Assembly (NCBI GenBank): GCA_041746255.1
Contig: JBGTHM010000100.1
Span: forward strand, 96,001-160,000
DNA: 64,000 bases
Source: Fibrobacteria bacterium
Lineage (GTDB): Bacteria > Fibrobacterota > Fibrobacteria > UBA11236
Reading direction: 5' to 3'
A program made the translations under genes and the position numbers. The notes below the pieces were generated by a model. It made no database searches. It was not told the DNA's origin and saw only the letters and a list, made by a program, of their open reading frames with translations. This document shows positions 48,204-58,942 of the stretch, piece after piece (the first letter of the stretch is position 1; each line of letters begins with the position of its first letter).

Positions 48204-49994
48204 TCAAGGGGGAAGAGGCGCTGGCAGCAGGTCTCCCACCACATTGCCGGAAAAAACCACGTCGCTTTGCTCCAAAGTTCCGCCCAGATTCCGGATTCCC
48301 AACCCTGCGCTTTGGCTGATGACGCTGTTGCTGATGGAGAAGCGGGCACCTATGCTCATTTCCACGTTGGCCTTGCGGTTGGCGCCGTCAAAACCGGCAC
48401 TGCCGCCGCCGGATATGACCGTAAACGCGAAGTTGTTGTTCGTGCTGTTGGACTCGAATCTGAATCCTTTCCAGATCCCCGTGCCGCCTTCGGCACCCCG
48501 AAAATAAATTGAATCCGCCGCCATCCCTTCGGCCCGAAACGATCCACCAGAAACGATGGTCACACCGGCGTTCTGCTCCGCTTCGAAGCGGGCTCCGGGG
48601 AGAACCGTGATATTGCCTTCCACTTTGATGTCCGCTCCCACCAGACGGTATGGGACATTGAGCGCCTTCCATACATGATTGCCCTTCACCTCCCGTTGAA
48701 ACCCCAGATAGGCGTCGCCGACATAGCCCTGGGTATTGCCGGAATAATCAGAGGCGGTGTCCAAATAAGAGAAGTGCTGCGCCATCACATGCACTCCGGC
48801 TCCCAGGTTTCCCTTGAAGTCGTTGGTGGAAAAACCTTCCAAGGAGCAATTCTCCCAATACGTCCAGACACCGTGTTTGGCGCTTTTGTTCACCTGGCTG
48901 TGAGTGATTTTAACCCGACCCCCATTATCCAGAAAAAGATTGGCGCGCCTGTTGGCATCCCCATCGAAACTTTTACTACCGCCATGGGAGAGACGCACAT
49001 GGGTCAATTCATTGGATGGGCTGTTGGAGAGGACTTTGATGCCTCTCCAGTATCCGGCAACGTCTTCCTTGCCGGAAAACTCGATAGGCTTTTCCGCGGT
49101 TCCCACCGCCTTCAGAAAGCCGCTGCTAGCCACCTCCAGACCCGCGTCTTGGACGGCTAGAAAGCGGGCTCCGGGAAGAATGGTCAATTGACCTTTGATG
49201 ACATGACTTCCCTTCAACTCATAAGGCACATCAAGGCCCACAACGGAATAGACTCCGGTGATATCATCGTCAAAACCCTGGAAAAAGTTTTCGATGTAAC
49301 TCTTTCCATTGCCGGTATATGCCGACGCGGTATCGAGATAAGCGAAATGGCGCACGCGCAGACTGATGGGGGCGCCGGTATTTGCGGCGAAAACGTTGTT
49401 GGAAAAGTCGGCAAGAACAGCCTCCGATCCCGAAACCAGCAAACCCAAGTCGCCGCTACGCGTGGAGCGGCTTTGGGACATTTTCAATCGCCCTCCTCCC
49501 GCAAGGGTTATGTTGGCTTTATACCCGTGCCCGGTAAAGCCGTCGCTTCCGCCGTTTTCCACCACCACATGAGCGAACATATTGGAATTGCTGTTGCTCT
49601 CGATATTCACGCCTTTCCAATACCCCTGGGTATTTTCCTTCCCACGCATGATAATCAATGCGGTGTCCAGTCCCATGGCGGTGAGTGATCCGCCGATTTT
49701 CACCAAAATGCCCTTGCCGGCATCCACCTCGATGAGAACGCCCGGCTCCACCGTCACCTTAGCCAGAATGTTCAAATCGGCGGTCACGCGATAATCCGCC
49801 TTCCCGCTATCGGCGAATTTATTTTTGAGAACCACTTCCGCTTTGATATCGCCTTTGAGCGTATCGGGTCCCGAGCCTGTGGCAACGGGATTTCCACTCC
49901 CCTCGGGGTCGTCTTCAGGGGAATTGAAACACCCTGTAAACATCACCGAAGACAGACCCAAAAGGACCAGAGTTTTCGTAAAATTCATAATCAT
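48204..49994 (-). CDS. Lipoprotein with three beta-helix-like repeats
   Basis: AAGGAG RBS and lipobox FTGC. Three ~190-aa repeats (T..PG...; G.W.G....SNS..N; GGS..F.G...AN), the third shorter. Confidence 0.85.
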   Translation of the reverse strand: MIMNFTKTLVLLGLSSVMFTGCFNSPEDDPEGSGNPVATGSGPDTLKGDIKAEVVLKNKFADSGKADYRVTADLNILAKVTVEPGVLIEVDAGKGILVKIGGSLTAMGLDTALIIMRGKENTQGYWKGVNIESNSNSNMFAHVVVENGGSDGFTGHGYKANITLAGGGRLKMSQSRSTRSGDLGLLVSGSEAVLADFSNNVFAANTGAPISLRVRHFAYLDTASAYTGNGKSYIENFFQGFDDDITGVYSVVGLDVPYELKGSHVIKGQLTILPGARFLAVQDAGLEVASSGFLKAVGTAEKPIEFSGKEDVAGYWRGIKVLSNSPSNELTHVRLSHGGSKSFDGDANRRANLFLDNGGRVKITHSQVNKSAKHGVWTYWENCSLEGFSTNDFKGNLGAGVHVMAQHFSYLDTASDYSGNTQGYVGDAYLGFQREVKGNHVWKALNVPYRLVGADIKVEGNITVLPGARFEAEQNAGVTIVSGGSFRAEGMAADSIYFRGAEGGTGIWKGFRFESNSTNNNFAFTVISGGGSAGFDGANRKANVEMSIGARFSISNSVISQSAGLGIRNLGGTLEQSDVVFSGNVVGDLLPAPLPP

Positions 49995-50558
49995 TACTCC
50001 TTGGAGTCCGACCCGGATACACTTTACGATTAGCCGGATTGCAACAAATTAGATTGACCGGATGACATTCAGACGGCACCGTTTAATGATAATAAGAACC
50101 GGAATATTTGGACATGGACTCGGTCGGGAACCGGCAAAACTTTTTTGCATAATTGTTACCACCCATTGACTTGATGCATCGAAGGAAGAATGGAGCCGAT
50201 TAAGAATATTATCAGGCGATTTTTCCTCCTGCCGAAATGGGATACAGTATAGGTACGCCTTTGGTAATATGGAATCTCGGAAAAATACCGGTGCGGAGAT
50301 TTTCCTAACCCCACCGGGTCCTCGAGTTGGCTTCAGTGGCCCCCAGTCCACCCCTCGAAACCTCAATTTCCCAATTTTCTAATGGGTCGGAATCCCGCAC
50401 CCCGTGCCGCCAGGCTGTACAATTGTTGAGTTAATTGAAGAAGAATAGGGCTAGAAAGTTGCTCTCCATATGAGGAGAAATTGAAGCTACGATCGGGTTG
50501 TATTTGAACTCCATACAGCGACCGTGAAGGTCTCTCTTTAGGGGTATTGGAATTCCAT

Positions 50559-53500
50559 ATGTGCGTTGGATTAGGCCGAATACTTCTATTGCGATTTTTA
50601 CTTCCGCTGGTTGCCCTCTCGCAACCGGTTATCGCGCAAGTGGGGGCGCCTACCGACGTTTCGGCGGCCGCCGGCAATGCCCAGGTGAAGGTATCCTGGA
50701 AAACAGGAAGTCCTATATCCCAGACAAGCGAGTTCATTCTCTATTACGCTCCCGGAAATGTCACCATCAATGAATCCACTCTGGCATCAATTACCGGCCT
50801 GGAGCAGGTAACCGCAATACCCCGAGACGCGGATGAGAGCCAGGAAAAAATCGTAACCAATTTAACAAACGGAGAGATATACTCCTTTGCGGTACGCGCG
50901 AACGCGAACACCAATCAAAACTTCAAATTCAGTGAAACCGTGACGGCCACCCCCAATACACCGCCCGCCATCACCTCCGGACCGGCCCATGCCTCCGTCA
51001 TCGAACCCGCAAAGGCCACCTTTTCCGTTACGGCTACCGGCAGCCCGACCCTTGCCTACCAATGGTACAAGAACAACGCGGTAATTTCGGGTGCCAACTC
51101 TTCATCGTATACGACTCCCGCCACCACCCTTTCCGATGGCGGTACCCAGTTTTCCGTAGTGGTCAGCAACGGCATCGGCCGGGATTCGAGCACAGCGGCG
51201 ACCTTGACGGTAAGTAAATTCAACAATCCGCCCAAGGCCGATGCAGGGCCGGACCAATCGATTACCCTGCCCTCTAAAGCCAATCTCGACGGGTCCGCAT
51301 CCACGGATCAAGAAGGCGATACCTTGACCTATGCGTGGTCCAAAGCCGGAGGACCCGGCACGGTAACCTTCGGAACAGCCGGCTCAGCCAAGACCACGGC
51401 GGACTTCTCCTTGGACGGGTCCTACAGCCTGCGCCTGGTGGTCAGCGACGGAGCGAAACAGGACACCGATTTGGTAACAGTCACCGTTAAACCGGCGCCA
51501 GTACCGCCCGCCAAGCCGACTGCCAGTCCGGGCGGAGGGATCTACACCGAGGCCCTCAACGTCACGCTATCCTCTCCGGAAGCCGGTTTGGAAATTCGCT
51601 ATTCCACGGGGCAGACTAATCCCACCCCCACCTCGGGGCAAATCTACTCCGGCCCTATTTCTCTGGCATCGTCCGCGACCATCAGGGCCATCACCATAAG
51701 GGAGGGCATTGCCAGCGACGCGTTGATTCTGGAATATGCCATCAACATCTCCACCAACACCCCCCCCACCGTATCCCTTACTTCGCCCAGCGATGGAGAT
51801 ACTTCTTTTCTGGCCCCTGCGAGTATCACCCTGACCGCCTCGGCAAGCGATTTGGACGGTTCCATCACGGCGGTGGTTTTCCGCCAGGGTGCGACCCTTC
51901 TCGCCACCGTGCAAGCCCCCAATGCTTTCACTTATGCCTGGAAAAGCGTGGGTGCGGGAACCTACTCCTTGACTGCCGAGGCAACCGACGATAAGGGCGC
52001 CAAGACCATTTCCTCGCCCATAACGGTTACCGTGAAACAACCCCCGAATGCACCTCCGGTGGTTTCCATTTCGCAGCCCCACAACGGGGCGACTTTTTCG
52101 ACCGACGCGGCGGTAAAGGTGATAGCGAAGGCAGCGGATGACGGTGGAATTGAAAAAGTCGACTTCTATGTCGATAACCGATACACGTCAACCCAACGTG
52201 TCGCACCTTACACTTTTTTTCCGAAAACCAGCATTGCCGGGACTTTTTCCCTCAAGGCCCGAGCCTTCGACAATTCCGGTCTTTCCGTTTATTCCGAACC
52301 CATTTCCATTCAAGTTATCAAGCCCAACCAACCTCCCGTCATTTCCTGGTCGGCTCCGGCGGAAGGAGCCTCCTTCATCTCGCCCGCAACCATCGATATC
52401 AGCGTCGGCGCAATCGACAATGACGGCGCCATCTCCAAGGTTCGGTTTTTTCAAAACGACAAAATACTGGGAGATGTGAATGCCCCGCAATCGGGCAATA
52501 TTTTCACCTATTCGTGGTCCAATGTATCGGCCGGGTCCTATACCCTCAAGGCGGTGGCTTATGATAACGAGGGCGATTCGGCCGTCACGGCGCCCCCCCG
52601 CTCGATCACAGTGAACTCTCCCGGCAACAAATCCCCTACCGTCGCCATCGCCAAACCGCTCAACAACACCAAATTCGTCGCACCCGGTCAAATTACTTTG
52701 GAAGCATCTGCTTCGGATCCCGATGGAACCGTCAACACCGTCCGTTATTTTTATGGCGGCACCAATCAAATAGGACAATCATCTGGCTCTCCATTCAGCG
52801 TAAGTTGGCCCCAGGTTTCCGCCGGCACTTACACCCTTACCGCACGCGCAACCGACAACGGCGGAAACAGCACCCTTTCATCTCCCCTCAGTATTTCGGT
52901 CACTCTTCCACCGCCTGCCGGCATCGAGGCGTCTCCTGGTAATGCCTCCGCTACCCTCAGATGGAATACGGTGACAGGAGCTACGAGTTATAACCTCGCC
53001 TACAACCCGGGAGCATCGGTGGGCGCCTCCCCCATCGTACTTCCCACCGCCGGCGATACCTCTTATACGGTAAACAACCTGGCCAACGGCCAACAATATG
53101 CCTTTCATGTGACTACCGAGGGCCCGGGAGGAACATCTCCACCGAGTGTCGTGGTCACGGCAACGCCAAATCCCCATTCGCCGCCCGCGCAGCCGGGAAA
53201 CCTAGTCGCTACGGCGCAGGATGGCAGCGTGCATCTTACGTGGAACGCATCCGGAGGAGCCGACCATTACAATGTGTATTACGCGCAGGGAAATACCGTC
53301 GACCGGAATACGCTCACGAAACTAACCGGCATCAATGTCACCTCGGCGACAATCGAGGGCCTAATCAATGAAAACCTATATGCGTTTTCGGTCGCGGCGA
53401 ATAACACGATTGGTGAATCCCCTCTCAGTACCATCAAAACCGCCATGCCCGCAGGCTCTCCACCTATAATAAGCGCCATATCCCCGGCCACAGCCACCAT

Positions 53501-56500
53501 CAGGGTGGGAGAGCCGCATAAAATCACGGTGACTGTTTCAGAAGGAACATCTCCCTTGAATTTTGCCTGGACGCGCAATGGAAGTGTTATTTCGGGTGCG
53601 ACGGATAATGTCATTTCCTTGCCGGACCCGCAATTGGAGGATGCGGGAAATTATAGTGTCACCGTAAGCAATGCCCTAGGCGAAACGAAAGCTTCCTCCC
53701 ACCTGATTGTGAATCAACGCAAGGTGGCTATTCCCCACGCCACGCCGACCGGACAAGCCTATACCCAGCCTCTGACGGTGGGATTGCATTCCAATACCCC
53801 TCAAACTGTAATACGGTACACCTTGAACGGGTCGGAGCCCGATGAGCAAAGCAAGATTTACGATTCCGCAGCGAAAATAATTTTCGACCGGCAATCGGTA
53901 ACCCTCAAAGTGAAGGGGTTCAGGGCTGGATACATTTCCAGCAATCTTCGCGTCGAAACCTATTCCTATATCGAATCCGGCCGGGTCGTGACCCCCAAAG
54001 CCGAACCTTTCGACTCCACTTTCACCGGTAGCGGGGCAATCACCTTGTCCACACTCACTTCGGGAGCCGATATCCATTACACTACCGATGGTTCCATTCC
54101 GACTACCGCTTCACCGAAATATGCAACCGCTTTGCAAATCAATCGGACTGCTACCGTAAAGGCCATTGCCGTCAAATCCGGTATGCAGCCATCACCCATG
54201 TTGGAGAAAACCTACACGATCATAGCCCGCTCGGAGGCCGCCCTGAAACCCGAAGCGGATCCGACCGGCCGAAATTTCAACGAATCCATCGTCGTCAGGC
54301 TCTCAACCGAATCCCCGGGATCGCAAATACTGTATGCCTTGAATGACTCCGTGGCCGAAAGCGGGACCTGGCCGGTCTATTCCGTGCCGCTAACCCTTAA
54401 GAGCACTACCTTGCTGCGCGCAAAAACAAGGAAGTCCGGCTTGCTCGATAGTGACATCCTGGAGGAGGAATACGTTCAACTTCCCACCACCCCCACTTCG
54501 CTCCCGCGCGGAGATTCCGTATTTTCCGGGTTCATTTCCGTGGAGCTGCAAGCCACTCCGGTGGGAGCCGCCATCTATTACACCTTGGACGGATCCAACC
54601 CCTTGGGCTCTAACCGGCAACCCTCGTCCACAAGCGAGCGATACAGGCATGGCTTTCCCATTTTGATAACCTCATCCCGTTCGCTGAATGCCGTGGCATT
54701 TTTGAATGGACATGCGAGCAAAGACATCCTCACCAATTTTTATCTCAAAGACGGGGAACCATTACCCTCTCCCTCCGCCAACCCCTCGGCGACCCCCTTT
54801 AGTGACACGTTATCCATTCTGCTGCGAGGACCGTCCGGTTCCGCTATCCACTATACCCTTAACGGAAGCATCCCCAACTCTTCCAGTCCCAAATACCTGG
54901 GTATACCCCTCGTCATAACCGGTTCCGCTACCTTGCAGGCCATTACCGTAAAAGGCGGTTTCCCCAATTCCAAAATAATGGTCGAACGATACGTATTCGT
55001 TCCCGCCGACCTGGTGGCGAATCCCACCGGCGGAAATTATGTAACGGGAGTTACCGTGAATTTATCTTCCCCTACCTCCGGCGCGAAAATATTCTATACC
55101 ACCGACGGTCGTTCACCCTTGTCTACCTCGGCGATACCCTATGATTTTGCCAAGGGAATCAAATTGACGGCCAACGCAACGATCAAAGCTTATGCCGCCC
55201 TTGGTGGAGAGGCCGGCAAGGTGCTTACCGAAACCTATACCATCACCCCTGCCGGAGACACCCTCCTCTTTCCCGGAGAAACCTACTTTCTACCGGGAAA
55301 TTATGCCGTCTCCAACCCGTTGGATTCCAGGGATCCGGTCCTTGCAAAGCTGCTGTCAGGCGAAAGCGTGGATATCAACGGGTTCTCCGATAAACGCTTC
55401 GGACTGAACTTGACCGCCAGCGCCTCCGATGTGTCCTTTCCACGACTCGATTTCCGGGGGCCCCCTGGCGGAAAACACCTGCTGTATCGGCACAACGAAG
55501 ACGGCCGGGTTCATTTCATCTCCCGCGGGGATGACGGGGTCATTTCTGAGGCTGGCTTACACGTATTGGCGGTTGACGACGTAGCGCCCAAGCTCGTCCT
55601 CTTAGAACAGAAGTTTGACGGCTCAGACTCCACTCTCGTTCGCTTGCGATTTATCGATAATGTCGCTAACCTGAGCTTTGATTTCAAGCGCAATGACGAC
55701 ACCCTCGCCTCCCACAAAGGATGGTCGATTCTTGATGATGACGTAGTGGAATTCAAAGTCAAGCATGCCGATGGAACACTCAAACCTTTGCTCATACAGG
55801 TTATTGCCAATGATTCACGCCACCGCGGTTACTTTCCCAAAACCCCCGCGACGCGTTTTGGGGTTTCTCAAAAATTACGGAATGTTAAAAGTCCGAAGGT
55901 GGTGAAGCTCGCCAGTCCCAATGCGGCCTCTAGTTGGGATCTGGTTGGTTTCCCCTTCGCTTCCGCATCGAAGATGTCTTCCTCATGGCTGCAATCACAC
56001 CATAACGGTATCCGCTTCACCGCGGCGGAGAATGAGACCCATCTGGGTCCCGACGAATCGTTGCAATCGGGACGGGGATATTGGATGAACGCTTCCAAAG
56101 GCCTCGAAAACTTCTCTTTCAAAACCCTGGAGACTCTCCCTTTCGTTACCGACAGTCTCACGGTCACACTTTCACCCGGGTGGAATCAGGTATCGAACCC
56201 TTACATGAACACCTTGCATTGGCCGCATTCCCGCCAATTTCCGGACGCGTATGGAGTATCACTCATCAAAGGGCTTTACCATTGGAGTCCGACTTCGGCG
56301 GCCTACGCGCATTCCGATTCCTTGGAGCCCTGGCGAGGTTATTTCGTCTACAGCAACTCCACTCGCGATTCCATCGTGAAACTGCTTCCCCGACCAGCGG
56401 AACCGCCCCTTGTTCTGAGAAAGCAAACCGGTGCCGAAGGACTGGATATATGGTTGCAACTCCAAGAGCAGGCGCCTCTCTGGCTGGGCGCCTCCGCTTC

Positions 56501-57164
56501 GGCGGATAATGAAGTGGGCGTGGAAGATGAGTTCCCGCTTCCCAAGCGGGGCACTCGCGCATCCGCCTATGCATTGCGGGGAACCACAGCGTTGCAAACC
56601 GATAGAGTGCGGTTAAAGCGGGATGAATTACTGCGCTGGAGCTTGGTACTGGCTGGCTGGTCAAACGGCGACTCCCTTCCCACCCTGCGCGTAATCAAGT
56701 CGGCGTTACCTCCAGGCTACGAGGCTTGGGCGTTTTCCCGGGTACGTAACCTGAAATTTCCATTGACCCAGGGTAATGAAATCAGTGTACCGGGTGATAT
56801 TTCCGACACTTTGGACGTGGTGGCCGGTCCCCGTGAGAAAGTGGCGGGCCTGGGCGACTTCAAAAACTTCTCGCCACTGGAAAATTTCGGGCTGACCGTG
56901 CATCCGATGCATGGAGACTTTCACGTGCGTCTGGAAATTCCCGGTCAGTCGCGGGTGCGCCTTTCAGTATGGGATATCCGGGGTCGGCGCCTGGGGCTTT
57001 TGCAGGCGGGTAGGCTGGCGGAGGGTCGCTATCGTTTTTCCTTCTCCGCGGATTTCGGCCGAGGTTCTGGTTCTCATCTTGCTTCCGGCCTTTATTTTCT
57101 TCTGGCCGAGATAAACGGTAGCGAAGAAAATCACCGCCTCGTCAAACGCCTGCCCATCCGGTAG
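50559..57164 (+). CDS. Giant secreted multi-Ig protein (FN3, Ig, PKD, Big-like, CHB_HEX_C repeats) with T9SS/FlgD-like C-terminal domain
   Basis: Signal peptide, FN3 repeats (Y.F.V.A), PKADAGPDQ, four NxPPxV...V.F...GTYxLxA.A.D Big repeats, many IxYTxxGSxP repeats, and C-terminal VWDIRGR...LASGLYFL. Confidence 0.88.
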   Translation: MCVGLGRILLLRFLLPLVALSQPVIAQVGAPTDVSAAAGNAQVKVSWKTGSPISQTSEFILYYAPGNVTINESTLASITGLEQVTAIPRDADESQEKIVTNLTNGEIYSFAVRANANTNQNFKFSETVTATPNTPPAITSGPAHASVIEPAKATFSVTATGSPTLAYQWYKNNAVISGANSSSYTTPATTLSDGGTQFSVVVSNGIGRDSSTAATLTVSKFNNPPKADAGPDQSITLPSKANLDGSASTDQEGDTLTYAWSKAGGPGTVTFGTAGSAKTTADFSLDGSYSLRLVVSDGAKQDTDLVTVTVKPAPVPPAKPTASPGGGIYTEALNVTLSSPEAGLEIRYSTGQTNPTPTSGQIYSGPISLASSATIRAITIREGIASDALILEYAINISTNTPPTVSLTSPSDGDTSFLAPASITLTASASDLDGSITAVVFRQGATLLATVQAPNAFTYAWKSVGAGTYSLTAEATDDKGAKTISSPITVTVKQPPNAPPVVSISQPHNGATFSTDAAVKVIAKAADDGGIEKVDFYVDNRYTSTQRVAPYTFFPKTSIAGTFSLKARAFDNSGLSVYSEPISIQVIKPNQPPVISWSAPAEGASFISPATIDISVGAIDNDGAISKVRFFQNDKILGDVNAPQSGNIFTYSWSNVSAGSYTLKAVAYDNEGDSAVTAPPRSITVNSPGNKSPTVAIAKPLNNTKFVAPGQITLEASASDPDGTVNTVRYFYGGTNQIGQSSGSPFSVSWPQVSAGTYTLTARATDNGGNSTLSSPLSISVTLPPPAGIEASPGNASATLRWNTVTGATSYNLAYNPGASVGASPIVLPTAGDTSYTVNNLANGQQYAFHVTTEGPGGTSPPSVVVTATPNPHSPPAQPGNLVATAQDGSVHLTWNASGGADHYNVYYAQGNTVDRNTLTKLTGINVTSATIEGLINENLYAFSVAANNTIGESPLSTIKTAMPAGSPPIISAISPATATIRVGEPHKITVTVSEGTSPLNFAWTRNGSVISGATDNVISLPDPQLEDAGNYSVTVSNALGETKASSHLIVNQRKVAIPHATPTGQAYTQPLTVGLHSNTPQTVIRYTLNGSEPDEQSKIYDSAAKIIFDRQSVTLKVKGFRAGYISSNLRVETYSYIESGRVVTPKAEPFDSTFTGSGAITLSTLTSGADIHYTTDGSIPTTASPKYATALQINRTATVKAIAVKSGMQPSPMLEKTYTIIARSEAALKPEADPTGRNFNESIVVRLSTESPGSQILYALNDSVAESGTWPVYSVPLTLKSTTLLRAKTRKSGLLDSDILEEEYVQLPTTPTSLPRGDSVFSGFISVELQATPVGAAIYYTLDGSNPLGSNRQPSSTSERYRHGFPILITSSRSLNAVAFLNGHASKDILTNFYLKDGEPLPSPSANPSATPFSDTLSILLRGPSGSAIHYTLNGSIPNSSSPKYLGIPLVITGSATLQAITVKGGFPNSKIMVERYVFVPADLVANPTGGNYVTGVTVNLSSPTSGAKIFYTTDGRSPLSTSAIPYDFAKGIKLTANATIKAYAALGGEAGKVLTETYTITPAGDTLLFPGETYFLPGNYAVSNPLDSRDPVLAKLLSGESVDINGFSDKRFGLNLTASASDVSFPRLDFRGPPGGKHLLYRHNEDGRVHFISRGDDGVISEAGLHVLAVDDVAPKLVLLEQKFDGSDSTLVRLRFIDNVANLSFDFKRNDDTLASHKGWSILDDDVVEFKVKHADGTLKPLLIQVIANDSRHRGYFPKTPATRFGVSQKLRNVKSPKVVKLASPNAASSWDLVGFPFASASKMSSSWLQSHHNGIRFTAAENETHLGPDESLQSGRGYWMNASKGLENFSFKTLETLPFVTDSLTVTLSPGWNQVSNPYMNTLHWPHSRQFPDAYGVSLIKGLYHWSPTSAAYAHSDSLEPWRGYFVYSNSTRDSIVKLLPRPAEPPLVLRKQTGAEGLDIWLQLQEQAPLWLGASASADNEVGVEDEFPLPKRGTRASAYALRGTTALQTDRVRLKRDELLRWSLVLAGWSNGDSLPTLRVIKSALPPGYEAWAFSRVRNLKFPLTQGNEISVPGDISDTLDVVAGPREKVAGLGDFKNFSPLENFGLTVHPMHGDFHVRLEIPGQSRVRLSVWDIRGRRLGLLQAGRLAEGRYRFSFSADFGRGSGSHLASGLYFLLAEINGSEENHRLVKRLPIR

Positions 57165-57179
57165 TTTGTTCAGAAGTCA

Positions 57180-58184
57180 TCATTCCAACGTATACAGGAA
57201 ACCGGCAATCGCCCAAGCGTCCTCCTCGGTGACTCCCACGTTCGGCATGGCCGTTTTCGGGTCCATCGCTTGGGGATTTTGAATCCAACGCGCAAGATTG
57301 ATGGGGTTGTTTACCCATCGTCCGGAAATATAATGGCGGACCCTCCAATTATGGAGCGGGGGTCCTGACATCGCTTGGAGCCCGGGTGCGCCCGGTATTC
57401 GGTGACAGGAGGTGCAGCCGTAATATTCCACCAGCCGCCTTCCCCGATCATCATCGCTCCTTTGCTCCAGCAACTCCCATCCTTGGTTTTCCGGAAGCCA
57501 GCGTATTTCAGCCATGGGATACTCTCCGCGAGTGGCGGCAACCATGTTCCGGTATTCCTCAGGAGGTAAGGTATTGAGGCGCTTTACGAATGCGGTAATA
57601 GCCCAGAGATCAAGCGGTCCCTTGCCTAACCCGAAGGCGGGCATACCGGCCATCTTAAGTCCGTAAGCGGTGATCCAGGCGACTTCGGCATGGGACCAAT
57701 CCTCCACCGCTTTCTCAAGGGGAGGAGGATTGGGATTGACGCCGACGCCCATCGGCGCACGCGCCTCCCCCGGAGCGCCGTGGCACGAAACACAATGGTC
57801 GCGATAGAGCACAAATCCCCGTTGAATGAGGTCGGCATCATCGAGTTCCGGCACAATCAGATCTCGGGCATGAAATTCCACGGACCTGCGTTTGACCAGG
57901 GTCAGCACTTTATTGGTGATTTCCAAATGGGGGCGGTATGCGGCGATATCGTAGATTCCGGAATAGATAAAAGCGAATGCACCCGCCAGACCCATCATGC
58001 CCAAACCAACTACCGTTGCCAATACGATCCATAGGGCCCGCATCCTCGGTCGCTCTTCGGGTCTGGAGAGTGGCGTGACCACCAGGGCGGTTGGTTGCCC
58101 GGGACGGACAAGGGTGGCCAGAACGGCAAGGCCCTTCATGAAAAAACGCGATACGGTAGCGATGGCTTTTCTAATCAACTTCAT
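57180..58184 (-). CDS. Membrane-anchored diheme cytochrome c
   Basis: TM helix, CVSCH...GLKMAGMP and CTSCH...TAMP. Confidence 0.88.
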   Translation of the reverse strand: MKLIRKAIATVSRFFMKGLAVLATLVRPGQPTALVVTPLSRPEERPRMRALWIVLATVVGLGMMGLAGAFAFIYSGIYDIAAYRPHLEITNKVLTLVKRRSVEFHARDLIVPELDDADLIQRGFVLYRDHCVSCHGAPGEARAPMGVGVNPNPPPLEKAVEDWSHAEVAWITAYGLKMAGMPAFGLGKGPLDLWAITAFVKRLNTLPPEEYRNMVAATRGEYPMAEIRWLPENQGWELLEQRSDDDRGRRLVEYYGCTSCHRIPGAPGLQAMSGPPLHNWRVRHYISGRWVNNPINLARWIQNPQAMDPKTAMPNVGVTEEDAWAIAGFLYTLE

Positions 58185-58193
58185 TGCGTCCCG

Positions 58194-58592
58194 TCATTGA
58201 CTATAGAGATAAGCCGCCATGGAGAGAGCCTCCACCTTGGATACGCCCAAATCCGGCATCGCCGTACCCGGTTTAAATTCCTGTGGATTTTGGATCCATT
58301 GCGCCAGTATGTGGGCCTCATTGGGGACTCTTCCCGCGATAAATTTCCTTTGCCCCCATTCGGTAAGCGGCGGGCCGATATTTCCAGGAATGCCGGAGAC
58401 ACCGGCTATCTCATGGCAGGCGCTGCATGCGTATACGGACACGAGGTCCTTTCCCCTGGAAACATCCGGAAGAAAATCTTCTTCCGTAAGGCGTTCCGGC
58501 GCACGCGTGCAACCGGCGATCCAAATCGAGAAGCATAGTACCATGGTAACTCGTATCGGAGTTAGAAGGGTTTTCCGGTTTTTCATGTTCAT
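58194..58592 (-). CDS. Monoheme cytochrome c (probable lipoprotein)
   Basis: IAGC lipobox and CSACH...GPPL...PGTAMP. ATGA overlap with the upstream stop. Confidence 0.88.
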   Translation of the reverse strand: MNMKNRKTLLTPIRVTMVLCFSIWIAGCTRAPERLTEEDFLPDVSRGKDLVSVYACSACHEIAGVSGIPGNIGPPLTEWGQRKFIAGRVPNEAHILAQWIQNPQEFKPGTAMPDLGVSKVEALSMAAYLYSQ

Positions 58593-58942
58593 AGGCAAGG
58601 CTCCAACATGAGATTCGGAAGCATATTGGCAAAAATGCCAAGCAGATAAAACCCACCGAGTATCATGGCCAGGATTGCGAGAAACCGTAAACCGATACGT
58701 TGCTGCGGGAAGTAGCGCATACTTAGCCAACCATATCCGATGCCGGCGGCGGCAATGCCAAAGGCGGCAAGCGCCCCGAGGTGTAAAAGCCAGATCCGGC
58801 CATGCGCACAGGCATAAGCGGCTAAGAAGAAATAGATGTTCAACTGCGCGAACCACGCCAGGAGAGGCGCCAGAAAAGCTATCCATAGGTAGAAGACGGG
58901 ACGAGGGGGTATTTTAGCCCCGTTTACCGGCGCCATATTCAT
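58589..58942 (-). CDS. Small three-TM membrane protein of the oxidase operon
   Basis: Hydrophobic 117-aa ORF translationally coupled at both ends. Confidence 0.7.
   Translation of the reverse strand: MNMAPVNGAKIPPRPVFYLWIAFLAPLLAWFAQLNIYFFLAAYACAHGRIWLLHLGALAAFGIAAAGIGYGWLSMRYFPQQRIGLRFLAILAMILGGFYLLGIFANMLPNLMLEPCL

Noticed and set aside
49979..49997. Fur-box-like TAATGATTAT
   Set aside because: About 13/19 match, fully explained by the RBS and the ATG-ATT-ATG start of the lipoprotein gene.
50049..50737. ORFs 50049..50366 and 50363..50737 as genes
   Set aside because: No RBS or motifs. They lie in a divergent promoter region or opposite the giant protein's start.
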